DNA from: the human T2T-CHM13v2.0 reference genome, Homo sapiens | Direction: 5' to 3' (one strand) | NCBI RefSeq assembly: GCF_009914755.1 | Contig: NC_060940.1 | DNA: 64,000 bases | Shown: piece by piece, positions 27,400-48,180 of the stretch | Position numbering within the stretch: position 1 is the first letter of the stretch | How the letters are laid out: the number at the start of each line of letters is the position of its first letter | Translations under genes and position numbers: made by a program | The notes under the pieces: model-generated | The model's database searches: none | Told to the model about the DNA's origin: nothing | The model's input: the letters and a program-made list of their open reading frames with translations, nothing else

Positions 27400-28270
27400 G
27401 GCGGGCCAGGTCCGGGCAGCCTGGGTCCCACGCAGCTGCCCTGAAGAAGGGGCTGGGGGCGTCCTGCCTCCACCCGCGCCCCCAACCACGCCTGCCGTTC
27501 CCACCGGCCGCGCCACCCCCGCCCCCGCCCCTGGCTCTGTCCTCCGGTGACCCTGGAAGGGGCACCCGTGCCTGCGACTGCACTCCCTGTAGCGGTCACT
27601 TCGTGAAGCCCGGCAAACCCCCTGCAGCTGCCCCTGGCACCCTCAGACGACCAGAGGCCTCGGCCTGGGTCCCCAGCACCGGCCCAAGGGCGGGCGTGGC
27701 CGAGGCGGTTTCTCTGCGCGGACGCTCGCTGCCTCCGCCGCAACCCCCGCGGCCACCCGGGGAACTGCAGCGCCGTCAGGCCCCCCGCCGCGCCTGCGCA
27801 CGCAGACCACCCGGCCTGGCAGCACGGAGCGAGCGTGCCCCCTGCTGGTCAGTCCTGCGCACGGTCCCGCGCCCGGGCCCGGGAGGCCGCCTCGAGGGCC
27901 GGGGCTTGCACGTGGCCTCGGCGCCTTCGCCGACCCTACCGGACGCCCCCTCCTCCCACCTGCCGGCCCGTCCGCGGGTAGGAGCCTCCCGGGAGCTGCC
28001 CACGGCCCCCACCCCCACCAGGGGCCACAGCCCCACCAGGGCCAGGCTCTGCGCGGCACCTGCCACTGAGAGAGCGGAAAGCGGTGGTTGAGCAAGGGTC
28101 TGAAGTATGGTCTGTTCCCCCATACGGGCCGCAGACGCTTCCTGGTGGCTGCTCTGAGCCAGGCCTGGGCCCCGGCGAGGGATCACGGTGTCTCAGACAG
28201 AGTTCCTTTTTATTCCCCATCCCTCGCCCGAGGTGACGGCCCAGCCGTGCCCAGGCCTGCCCGCTGCCCC
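27400..28270. promoter_or_regulatory. Intergenic (orphan) CpG island
   Basis: High CpG density, GC boxes, NRF1-like TGCGCACGCA at 27795-27804; no coding exon found. Confidence 0.65.
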
Positions 28271-28800
28271 TGAACCCAACCCTTGAGGGGCAAGGCCGTG
28301 CCCTGGGGAGGAAGGGGCTGCCCCCTCAGAGTCTGCTGTTCCTCAAGGAAGACGCGGGGGCAGCCGCAAGGATGGGGTATCACCCAGCAGGAGCGGGAGG
28401 GTAAGGTGACTGATTCCACACCAGACGCTCCATTGCTGGAAACACCACCCCCTCCTCCGGTGACCTGGCATACAGACCTTGCCCACAGCCATCCCTCCCT
28501 GGACTCTCAATGTGAGGGGGCCTTGGGGTCCTGCGGTTCACCCGTCTCCCCACTCAAGCAGTCTGCTTGCCGGCACCCCCCCCACCTCCTGAGCCCACTT
28601 GCCCCCTCCCACCCCCACCTCCCTACCACATCTTTTTTTTTTTTTTTTTCCTGAGACGGAGATTTGCTCTTGTTGCCCAGGCTGGAGTACAATGGTGTCA
28701 TCTCGGCTCACCACAACCTCCCTGAGCCTCAGCCTCCCAGGCTGAGCCTGAGCCTCCCAGGTTCAAGCGATTCTCCTGCCTCAGCCTCCTGAGTAGCTGG

Positions 28801-29829
28801 TGTAGGGAAAAGAAAGAGAGATCAGACTGTTACTGTGTCTATGTAGAAAGGGAAGACATAAGAGACTCCATTTGAAAAAGACCTGTACTTTAAATAATTG
28901 CTTTGCTGAGATGTTGTTAATTTGTAGCTTTGCCCCAGCCACTTTGACCCAACCACTTTGATCCAATCTGGAGCTCACAAAAACATGTGCTGTATGAAAT
29001 CAAGGTTTAAGGGATGTAGGGCTGTGCAGGACGTGCCTTGTTAACAAAATGCTTACAAGCAGTATACTTGGTAAAAGTCATTGCCATTCTCCAGTCTCAA
29101 TAAACCAGGGGCACAATGCACTGTGGAAAGCTGCAGGGACCTCTGCCCTTGAAAGCAGGGTATTGTCCAAGGTTTCTCCCCATGTGATAGTCTGAAATAT
29201 GGCCTCGTGGTATGAGAAAGACCTGACCGTCCCCGAGCCCGACACCTGTAAAGGGTCTGTGCTGAGGTGGATTAGTCAAAGAGGAAAGCCTCTTGTAGTT
29301 GAGATAGAGGAAGGCCACTGTCTCCTGCCTGCCCCTGGGAACTGAATGTCTCGGTATAAAACCCAATTGTACATTTGTTCAGTTCTGAGATAGGAGAAAA
29401 ACCACCCTATGGTGGGAGGTGAGACATGTTTGCAGTAATGCTGCCTTGTTATTCTTTACTCTGCTGAGATGTTTGGGTGGAGAGAAACATAAATCTGGCC
29501 TACGTGCACATCCAGGCATAGTACCTTCCCTTGAACTTAATTATGATATAGATTCTTTTGTTCACATGTTTTTTGCTGACCTTCTCCTTATGATCATCCT
29601 GCTCTCCTACTACATTCCTTTTTACTGAAATAACGAAAATAATAATCAATAAAAACTGAGGGAACTCAGAGACCGGTGCCAGTGCAGGTCCTTAGTATGC
29701 TGAGCGCCGGTCCCCTGGGCCCACTGTTGTTTCTCTATACTTTGTCTCTGTGTCTTATTTCTTTTCTCAGTCTCTCGTCCCACCCGACTGGAAATACCCA
29801 CAGGTGTGGAGGGGCAGTCCTCCCCTTCA
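28801..29829 (+). mobile_element. Solo HERV-K(HML-2) LTR5 (LTR5A/B-type) inserted in an Alu
   Basis: TGTAGGGAAAAGAAAGAGAGATCAGAC...CCCCTTCA termini; TATAAA about 29355, AATAAA about 29648; TSD GCTGG at 28796-28800 and 29830-29834. Confidence 0.9.
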
Positions 29830-29875
29830 GCTGGGATTACAGGCATGGGTCACCACGCCCGGGTAATCCGGGTAA

Positions 29876-30031
<156 letters not shown>

Positions 30032-31589
30032 TGAGCCTGGGGCCCTGGGATGCAGGCAGGAGGCACTACTCCCCAGCCCCCACCAGGATCACCACCCCTG
30101 CACTGCTGTGGCTGAGATCCCCAGGCGCCAGCAGGCCTCCAGCCACCCAGCTACCGGCCTGAGCCTGGTAGACAGCCCTGGGGACAAAACCCTGCACACA
30201 GGGGCCCAGTTTGCAGGCGAAGGCCAGTCTGCTCTTGGGCCTGAGTCCACTCTCGGGGAAACACTGGCCCCAGGTGCAGAGCTGGGAGTGCTGGGAGAAG
30301 GCAGCACAGCCCAGGCCCCTGCCTGGCCCTGTGCCTGGGAAGCCTGCTGCCCATTCAGCAGCTCCCTCCCTGCCGCAGCAGAGCCGCCTTCCACAGGACC
30401 TGCCCACAGAGCCCTTCCCAGAGCCACTGCTCCTCCTGCAGGGAGAAGCAGAAAGGGACAGGTGTGGGCATAGAGGACCTGAACTGGCTGCCTAGAACAG
30501 TATTGGGAGCCCTGTGCACCCCCTGCCAGACCCGCCATCACCAAATGACTCAGCATGGCAGGACAAGGACCCTGATCAGAGGCCACTGGCAGCCGGCCAC
30601 ATGTGGCCTGGAGTGGCTCAGGTCCCTGGCGGCAGAGGACACAGGGCTTCTCCCAGCTGTGTGGCCTCAGACTAATCGCGTTCTCTGAGTCCCCCTTGTC
30701 TCCCCAGAAGAATGAGGCTAAGGAGAGTACCTGCTGCACTGGGGTCAGTCGCTGCAGCGGGCCTGCTCTCACCTGCTGGACTAGGGGGTGGGCAGGCCAC
30801 AGGCTGGGCTAGGACAGTGCCCGAGAGCCAACGAAGACACTGGGTGGCCAGGGCAGCCCCAGAGCGGGCTCCACTTTAGCTGGTGGCCAGCGTCGGACAC
30901 ACTGGGGTCCAGGTGTAAAAAAATCAGGGCATGGGTGGGAGCTGGAATCAGGGGTTGAGAGACACCCCCCTGCTCTCCGCAGCTCCAGGGAGATTCTGGC
31001 AGCTAGCCTCAGTTCTGGCCCCCAGCAGGGCAGAGATGGAGACATTTGCTAGAACAGGAGGCTGCCACAGCACATGCTGGGGGAGGGGCAAGCAGCAGGA
31101 AGCCCCTTCTGGGTACGGTCCTCCCCGAAGGGCCCTTGGTGCTTTCATCAACACTGACTCTTCCCAGCACCCGCCCCACGCGCCCCTACCTCTAGACGGA
31201 GAGCCCACTGGCCAGCAGCGCCAGGAGTCAGGCCTCTGACCCACAGGGCAGTGCACACAGCACCCATTCAACTGTAGCATCCCCTGCCCGCCCCGGGTGG
31301 CTCTCCTGTGCCCTCATCCAACCGGAAGACAGGCTGGGTGCCACTAAGGGAGGCACAAAGAGAGGAAAGTCGAATGTCCCGCCCAAGATCAGGGTCACGC
31401 AAGCAGTCCGAGGCCAGCAAGGGAGACAGCGGCCTCTGCCACGGCACTGACTCCACGTCAGAGCAGGGACTGCTAGACCGGGCTGCGGAGGGGCTGGCAG
31501 GTGACAGAGTCAGCTCCGTGAGGGGTGAGCAGGCTGAAGGGGCTGGCAGCACGGCTGGCCTCTCCCCGGTCTCCACTGTGGCCTGTACT

Positions 31590-33905
<2,316 letters not shown>

Positions 33906-33906
33906 A

Positions 33907-35115
<1,209 letters not shown>

Positions 35116-35378
35116 ATCCACCCTTAAAATCCACTCCCACATGCTCCCCGGATTTCTGTGGGTATAAATTGGGAAAATGGTGCATTTCTTGTGGAGCCTT
35201 GTTCCGTGCCCTCCAGGGCCTGGGGCAGGCCCCATGTGTGCTGAGCCTGTGCACATGCTGTGCCCATCACTGCTGAGCTAAGCCCTCCTGAGTCCCCCTC
35301 CCTGACCCCTGGAGCTTCCTCCACACATCCTAGCATCATTACTCTGCTGCAGTTGCTCCCAGCCCTATCATCTTCTGA

Positions 35379-35708
<330 letters not shown>

Positions 35709-36534
35709 TAGAGACGGGGTTTCCTCATGTTGGCCAGGCTGGTTTTGAACCCCTGACCTCAGGTGATCCTCCTGCCTCGGCCTCCCGAAGTGCTAGGATT
35801 ACAGGCGTGAGCCACCATGCCTGCCTTTTTTAACTATATAAAGGCCTGACACTCATGTCCTGGCATCTCTGATGTTGTTAATAAAGACAGCAGGGCCGGG
35901 GCAAGGTGGCTTACATGTGTAATCCTAGCATTTTGGGAGGCCAAGGTGAGAGGATCATTTGAGTCCAGGAGTTCAAGACCAGCCTCGGCAACATAGTGAG
36001 ACCCCATCTCTACAGAAAAATGTAAAAATTATCCAGCATGGTGGTGCCCACCTGTGGTCCCAGCTACTTGGGAGGCTGAGGTGGGAGAATCACTTGAACC
36101 TGCGAGGTCAGTGCTGCAGTGAGCCACGCTGCACCACTGTACTCCAGCCTGGATGTCAGAGCAAGACCCCACCCCATCTCAAAACAAAAAAAAAGACAGT
36201 ACATCTGAATGTTTCATTTGTCTATGGATTTCCACCTGATTACTCCAGAAAGTAATTACTTAAGATGGGGGGTGATTTCAGCATCACCCACCCTCCTATA
36301 TGGCCAGGCCTCCGAGCATGTACAGTAAGGCACAGTCACCACACCTTGGGAAGGGCCTCCCTGCAGGTGTGCACTGCAGGCCTCAGCCCTGTGCTGGTTA
36401 GAGTTATGGAGCAACAGCCGCTTTCCTAAGCAGAAGTGAGGCAAGCTACTTCCGCACAGATTGTGAAACAGGGTTTAGGTTTCTCCCCTCGTGGACGAGA
36501 GGCCAAGGGTGTGCCCCATCAGCCTGCCTTCCCA

Positions 36535-36606
36535 GCAGGTCACAGACCATCCCCACTCTGGCTGGCCTGGAAGGGTTTGACCAGAGCGGATCATGCAGTG
36601 ACCAGG
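36535..36606 (-). promoter_or_regulatory. SECIS element in the MSRB1 3'UTR
   Basis: Minus strand GGUCAC-UGC-AUGA-UCCGCUCUGGUC-AAA-...-GCCAGAGUGGG-GA-UG-GUCU-GUGACC: helix I, AUGA/GA quartet, about 11-12 bp helix II, apical AAA. Confidence 0.92.
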
Positions 36607-37082
36607 GCCAGGGCGGCTGGCAGGGGCGGCCTCCGTTTCCATTCTGTCTCCTAAGCAGCCTGGGAGATGTGGGCCTAAGCTTCGGTGAGGACGAGAGTCT
36701 GTCTTGGAATTGGGCCTCACAGGGGAGAGTCCAGAGACAGGGCCAGGAAAAGAAGGTGAGGGTGTAACGTCATTCAGAGACCAGCTGCACCCAGGGCTCA
36801 CCTCCTGGAGGCACCTAGAGTGAGCAGGGGGCTAAGTCAGCCGACAGTGTGGCTGCACAGCCCAGGCCTGTCCCAGCAGAAGGCATGAACCATCAGCAAA
36901 TGAGTCTCTTTTCCAAGAAACGAAAAGGTCTTGTTCAGAGCCGGGGCCTTGGGAGTGTCCTGATGTTTCAACCACTGCGCCCTGCCTTCCTGTCTCGACG
37001 CCCAGGGTTCCAACTCCAAGGTGGAATGGCCAACGTGTGGCCTCAGTGTGGTGGCCGTCTGGGGTGGGTGTGGGCTGCCCGC

Positions 37083-37114
37083 CTAGTGACCCTGGGAGGC
37101 AGAAGTTTCTTTGC
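37083..37114 (-). CDS. MSRB1: MSRB1 exon 4 (GKETSASQGH*)
   Basis: Acceptor ctctttcag|GC, TAG at 37083-37085. Confidence 0.93.
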
Positions 37115-38749
37115 CTGAAAGAGAGGAGAGGGGGCGGAAAGTATGCGGGGACAGAAAGCAAGCAGGGGCGGAAAGCCGGGCGCGGGGGCGGTGGAAAGCC
37201 AGGGTAGGGGCAGAAAGCAAGTCACTGCAAGGCAGAGCTTCAGGTGCCGTTCCCTGCGCTTTCACACTCTGCCCTGGCCTGCAGGCCACAGGGGAGCTGA
37301 AAAGACCAGATGCCCGACTCAGGGGAGTCTGTGTACCCCATTTTGTTCTGACATCCACAGGAGAACCCAGAATCTCTTCTCCCTCCACTCACACGGAGGA
37401 CAAATAACAACAAAAGGACGAAAACATCGCAGGTTTACCACGCACCAGATCCTGACAGGCTGCTCGCTCAACCCCACAGCACGGTGATGGCCACAAGCGT
37501 GTGCTGTTAACAGCCCCATTTCAGGCGAGGCAGTGGCTCAAGCCTGTAATCCCAGCACCTTGGGAGGCCAAGGCCCAGAGGAGTTCAAGACCAGCCTGGG
37601 CCACATAGTGAGACCCCCATCTCTATAAAAATTTTAAAAATTGGCTGGGTGCGGTAGCTCACGCCTATAATCCCGGCACTTTGGGAGGTTGAGACAGGCA
37701 GATCACCTCAGGTCAGGAGTTCCAGACCAGCCTGGCTAACATGGTGAAACCCCGTCTCTACTAAAAAATCAAAAATTAGCCAGGCGCGGTAGTGGGAGCC
37801 TGTAATCCCAGCTACTCGGGAGGCTGAGGCAGAAGAATCACTTGAACCTGGGAAGCAGAGGCTACATTGAGCTGAGATTGGCCATTGCACTCCAGCCTGG
37901 GTGACAGAACAAGACTCTGTCACCAAAAAAAAAAAAAAAAATTAAAAATTAACCAGGTGTGGGCTGGGCGTGGTGGCTCATGCCTATAATTCGAGCACTT
38001 TGAGAGGCCAAGGTGGGCAGATCACCTGAGGTCAGGAGTTTAAGACCAGCCTGGCCACCATGGTGAAACCCCGTATCTACTAAAAATACAAAAATTAGCT
38101 GGGCGTGGTGATGCGTGCCTGCAATCCCAGCTACTTGGGAGGCCAAGACAGGAGAATTGCTTGAACCAGGAGGCAGAGGTTGCAGTGAGCTGAGATCGCG
38201 CCACTGCACACCAGCCTGCACGACAGAGCAAGACTCCATCTCAGAAAAAAAAAAAAAAAGGATGAGGATTCATCAAGCTATTATTGTGTGCCAGGCCCAG
38301 GTGCACGTGACACGCAGCTGTCCTCACAGCCCTGCTACCACCGCCACTCTGCAGAGGAGGAGGCAGGCTCTGAGCGGCTAAGAAGCAAGGCCACAGTCCT
38401 AGCCAGTGGGAGACACAGCCGCACAGACTGGGGCCTCAGGCTCTGCCTGCCCCGCCCCTGACTCTAGCCTCTGGGAAAGGCCAGGCCTCTGAGGAAAACC
38501 ATTTGCCACATTCTCACGCTGAAGCCCCTTTTTGGGACAGTCATGATCAACCAAGCGAGGAAGCGGAACACCAGCTCCTTTGCCCCTGCGCTGCAGCCAC
38601 CTTTCTGGGGGATCCTGGACAGTTCCCAGGCAGCGTGACTTGGTGGCCCCATACCTTGTCATGGTAAGTGGACAAGCACAAACACTGGGCCCCCCAGCCT
38701 GGGCTCAAAGGCCAACAGGCCTGGCCCCAGCTGTGCAAAGCAAGCTCAC

Positions 38750-38864
38750 CTTTAGGGACAAACTTCAGCGAGCTGCTGAATATTCAGAATCGGGACTGCC
38801 CCGGCTTGGGGCCGTCGTTCAGGAACTCGTGGCCCAACCCATTGCCACACTTGCCACAGGACAC
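38750..38864 (-). CDS. MSRB1: MSRB1 exon 3, contains the Sec (UGA) codon 95 at 38784-38786
   Basis: [38 protein letters not shown]; the MsrB catalytic RxC position is TGA; missed by the ORF track. Confidence 0.96.
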
Positions 38865-39228
38865 CTGGAAAGATCACAAGGCAGCTGGGTGAGCTTCTGG
38901 CCATGATACAGCCACAGTGAAGGCCCTTACTGGGGCTGGCAGATGGTGTTTCTTCCCACACGCCTATTTCCCAAGCTGACCGCCGACATAAGAGGTTGAC
39001 CTTTGTCCTGGAGCCCGTACAGGAAACCTGTCCTGTTTCCCACATTTGCACCAGAAGGCCAGGCTCTCCCGATAGCCTGGGGTGGCAGCTCCCTGGCAGA
39101 GGCAACAGGCCTGGAATAGACGCCTCTAAGCCCCTGGAGCTGTGGGGCAAGCAGAGGGAGGAAGGTGGGACTGGCTCTCTGCTCTCCCTGGCCGCCCCCG
39201 TCCCTCCCCCACCCCTGTGGCCTCTCAC

Positions 39229-39377
39229 CTTCAAGGCTTCAGATCTATTGTGCTCCGGACGCTTGGCCACGCTGTCGGCGTGAATGGTCTCGGTGAACGC
39301 CGGCCATGGAGACGAGTGTGCATACTTCGAGCGGCTGGAGAACAGCTCATAGCCACACTTGGCACACACGTAAACGC
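39229..39377 (-). CDS. MSRB1: MSRB1 exon 2
   Basis: [28 protein letters not shown] (first CxxC Zn site); cag|GC ... AAG|GTGAG. Confidence 0.96.
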
Positions 39378-40599
39378 CTGTGGTGGAAGGAGAGGCAAAT
39401 GTGGAGTCATCAGCTCCCGCCTTTCCGGGGTCAAGCTCCCAAATCCACCAACCCAGGCAAAGACAGCGCTGCCCCCGTTCCGAGGGTAGGCTGTGCTCCT
39501 TCCCCAGGCACCCGCCACGGGAGGCGCTGTGCTGAGCTCACGTTTAGTAGATGTGCCAGAGACCAGGGGAGTCACCTTTCACAATTATCTCCTTGATTCT
39601 TCTCATAGCCCCGTGACGGGGCATATCCTAACATTTCCATCTTTGCTTGGTGATGCAGACACTCAGCTACAAGTGTGTGCAGCGTGAAGGAACCTGGGTA
39701 GTCCAATGAGGACACGGAGCTCCCCCTCGCCCCCCTAGTTCCCCCAGGAACATAGAGGGCAGGGGCCCTGATGTGGCCCAACCACCTGGTCCCTCTCCTT
39801 TCTCAAGTGGTCCTCCCTGCTGCCCAACGAGGCCCTAAGCTGGATACCCAGGCACTGCTCTGCTCTCCAGGCAGGAAGAGAACAGTCCCAGAGAAAAGGC
39901 CTCCAGGCCACACAGGAGCCCAGGAAGAAAGAGGGCTGGGGACAACAGATTTCAGCCTACCCACAAAGGATCCCTTTGGAGTGGAGGGGGTGGGAAAGTT
40001 GCAAAACTGACTTGCAGAACTGTTTTAAGGACTGAAAACAGGAACCTCCAGGGGTGCTGAGTCACCTCTCACCCATCACCTGGGGACAGCCTCCCCTGGA
40101 GACTGTAAACTACCCAGCCTTTTCCAGGAACTGGAGAAAAAAGCAAAGAGAAGCCAGCAGCTGCTGTGGAAGTGGAGTTTCTGGCTTGGCAGAGCAGCCT
40201 GAGGACAACTGGGATCTAAAGCCAGAGAGTCTTGCTGGGGGAGGCTTTGCCGGGATGGTCCTGTGTCACAGCCCAACCCGCTACAGGGGTGCCACCCAGC
40301 AGATCCGCCCAAGGAGACCAGTGCACTCAGACTTGCCTGTGGATGTGTTTTTACCAAATTAGTCCACTACCAGGCGAGCCCAGCCCAGAAGGGATTCATC
40401 AGGGCCAGTGTGGAGGGCTGGCCATGCCCCAAACCACCCCATCCTGCCTGCCTGGTCAAACTTCACGGGCTGTTGGCAGGTGCCTGGTGGCACTCCTGGT
40501 TCCCCAATTTGGAGTCCCTGGGCAGGTGGGGAGGCACCTGGGCCGGCACATTAGGATCTGAAGGGGACATTCTATGCTTGCCAGACTCCTCCCAGAGAT

Positions 40600-41620
40600 C
40601 CCGGACTCGGGGGAATGGGAAGGGCCAGGGTAACACCTGCGGGATGACCCGCGAAGGGGCGCCCCGGCCACAGGAGCTGGCCCTGGACAAGAACCTGGCC
40701 TCTCCGAAGCCCCGACCCTAACCCGAATTCCCCCAGCGCCATCACTTTGGAGTGTAGGGGGTAGGGAAGGGGTACCACCCCCACGTATCCCGATCCCTTA
40801 GACCCACCCCCGAAACGGCACGTTCACACTCGAGGCCTGCCCCCTCCAGGACGGTGAGCCCCAAGGCCCCCTCTCCTCGGGTACCCCACTCTCCTCGCCC
40901 CCAGGCTCCCCACTCCTCCGCAGTCCTTTTGACCCCTGTTCGCTTCTCCCCGGCAGCCACATTCGCCCCCATTCCCGGCTTGGGAGAGACATCACCCCCG
41001 GACGACGGCGGCGCCCCCGCTAATGCGCGCCCCCCGCCGCGCTGCCCTCCCAGCGAGAGGCCGCAGGACCAACCAGGTTCAAAGTGATTCTGGAAAACCT
41101 CGCCCCCGAAGAAGCTGCAGAACGACATGGCGCCACCGGAACCGCAGCGCGCTTGCCGCTGCCAACTGACCAAAGGCTGCCGACCCGACGACCGCCGGTA
41201 CCCGCGTCCACCTCCCCGCCCCTCCCGAGGACCAATCGCTCCCCGGAGGGCGAATCCCGGCTTCCGCCTCCGGGAGGCCCCGCCCCTCCTCAGGGCTGGT
41301 CCAATACGATCTTCCCAGCTGGCCCCGCCCACGTTGACTCCTTGGGACCACTCCTGGGCCACTTCCCCAAGGCCCCGCCCCCCGGTGCCAGTCCAATCGC
41401 ATCTCCCCAGCAGGCCCCGCCCATGGAAACTCCCAGGGACCACCCCTAGGCCGCTTCCCCAAGGCCCCGCCCCTGCCGCCCCTCGCGCCCTGGTGGCTAG
41501 GGGCGCACATGGGGCCTGGCCAGGTGGGCGACGGCGCGAATCCGTAGGGTCGTGTCCCCCCAGTCCAGTCCCTGGTACTAAGCCCGGAGCTGCCGGAGGT
41601 CATGCAGCCTTTCCGCGCCC
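40600..41620. promoter_or_regulatory. CpG island / MSRB1 promoter with CCAAT and GC boxes
   Basis: CCAAT at 41232, 41301 and 41393; repeated GGCCCCGCCC. Confidence 0.85.
41074..41128 (-). CDS. MSRB1: MSRB1 (selenoprotein R/X, methionine-R-sulfoxide reductase B1) coding exon 1; join 41128-41074, 39377-39229, 38864-38750, 37114-37083 = 351 nt, 116 aa
   Basis: MSFCSFFGGEVFQNHFEP; Kozak GGCGCCATG; donor G|GTTGGT. Confidence 0.96.
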
Positions 41621-41623
41621 AGG

Positions 41624-42709
<1,086 letters not shown>

Positions 42710-42808
42710 CAGCGCTCTGAGACCTCGCAGGAAGAGTCGCCTCCGGCCTTTGTTAGACATTGGGGCAGACAGTGCGGTGCGCTTCAGGGTTCATCCACCC
42801 CACACAGC

Positions 42809-42865
42809 CTACAAGTCTCCCGAGGTCTCCGGCGTTTCCTTCTCCAGATGCTTCTTTTGGGGGCC
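42809..42865 (-). CDS. RPL3L: RPL3L exon 10 (GPQKKHLEKETPETSGDL*)
   Basis: accag|GGC; TAG at 42809-42811 gives 407 aa. Confidence 0.93.
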   Translation of the reverse strand, partial: GPQKKHLEKETPETSGDL

Positions 42866-43045
42866 CTGGTTGAGAGGGTGGTGCAGGAGGAGCCTTAGTC
42901 ACTCTGGCCAGAAACACGCCCTCCCCCAGCCAGGCTCTAGATCACTCAGGGCCGGCCCTACTGCCCCCCTAAGGCTGCTTCCTCCCCCACCTTCTCTTCT
43001 AAAGAATCAGTGCCCAGGGATAGACCCTTAAGAGTCTCTCCTGCA

Positions 43046-43689
<644 letters not shown>

Positions 43690-43806
43690 CTACCAGAGCC
43701 CTCCCCTTCTGCTCCCACCACTCCATCCCGCTCGTAGCAGGCCGCAGGGCAGGACAGGCTGGCAGCCCTCGGGCACCCACTCCCCAGCCCACCCAGCACT
43801 GCCAAC

Positions 43807-43902
43807 CTTTCTCAGCGTAATGACCCGCTTCTTGGTACCAGCAATACAACCCTTCAGCATGACGAAGTCGTTGTTCACTTCCCCGTAGTGGGGGAAGCCA
43901 CC
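43807..43902 (-). CDS. RPL3L: RPL3L exon 8
   Basis: [32 protein letters not shown]. Confidence 0.96.
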
Positions 43903-44185
43903 CTGCAGAGGACACAGGTCAGAGGCCAGGCCCGGAAAGGGCTTCTGAGTTAGTGGGTGGCTGGGGGCCCTAGCAGAACCCCCAGAGGGGGCAGTGATAG
44001 GCAGGAGCCCCGTGCCCAGCCCCCAGATGTAGGGGTGACTATCACGCCGCCCCTACTGAGGGCAGCATCTGAGTCACAAGCTAAGTCCTTTTCATGCATT
44101 ATCTCACTTGACAGTCTGCATTTTTGTTGGGGGAGACTGAGGATCAGAGGAGTGGAGTCACTTGCTCCAGCCTCTACAGCTGCTA

Positions 44186-45565
<1,380 letters not shown>

Positions 45566-45910
45566 TCACTGGGGGACAGAAGGAGACCAAGTAACTCTTG
45601 GAGAGGACAGAGTGCTCTGATGGGCTATGGGGGCTGGTGTTTCAGATACAGTGGTCAGGGCAGAGAGGGCTTCTCTGAGAAGGTGCCGCTGCTAACAAGT
45701 AGGAGCCACGAGGCAAACATTGGAGAGGCTCTGGGCAGCAGGACCCCGCATTTGCACAGGCCTGGTGGCAGAGGAGGCCTTGGAAAGTTGGTGGGACAGA
45801 GAGGAGACCAGTGTGGGCAGACGGTGGGGAGCAAGGGGCGTGGGGCAGCACCTGGGAGTGGGGAGCTCGGACTTTCTTCCAAGTGCAGGCTGCGATGTGA
45901 TCTGATTGGA

Positions 45911-47569
<1,659 letters not shown>

Positions 47570-47636
47570 TGAAGCACAGGCTGTGCAATGTAGAGGTGGA
47601 GACAGAGAGGCCAGCGGGGAACACATAGTGACCCAT

Positions 47637-48180
47637 AGGTATGTATGGGGCAGGTATGTATGAGGCAGGTATGTACGGGGCAGGTATGGACGGGGCAGTA
47701 TGTACGGGGCAGGTATGTACGGGGCAGGTATGTAGGGGGCAGGTATGTAGGGGGCAGGTATGGACGGGGCAGGTATGGACGGGGCAGGTATGGACGGGGC
47801 AGGTATGGATGGGGTAGGTATGGACGGGGTAGGTATGTAGGGGGCAGGTATGTAGGGGGCAGGTATGTAGGGGGCAGGTATGTAGGGGGCAGGTATGTAA
47901 GGGGCAGGTATGTAAGGGGCAGGTATGTAAGGGGCAGGTATGGACGGGGCAGGTATGGACAGGGCAGGTATGTAGGGGGCAGGTATGTAGGGAGCAGGTA
48001 TGGACGGGGCAGGTATAGACAGAGCAGGTATGTAGGGGGCAGGTATGGACGGGGCAGGTATGTAGGGGGCAGGTATGGACGGGGCAGGTATGTAGGGGGC
48101 AGGTATGGACAGGGCAGGTATGTATGGGGTGGGTATGTATGGGGTGGGTATGTATGGGGCGGGTATGTATGGGGCAGGTA
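47637..48180. repeat. 15-bp minisatellite (GGGGCAGGTATG[TAG/GAC/TAC]), about 36 copies, RPL3L intron 4
   Basis: Direct inspection. Confidence 0.97.

Noticed and set aside
38784-38786. In-frame TGA suggesting an MSRB1 pseudogene
   Set aside because: It is the selenocysteine codon; a SECIS is present and the frame continues to the normal stop
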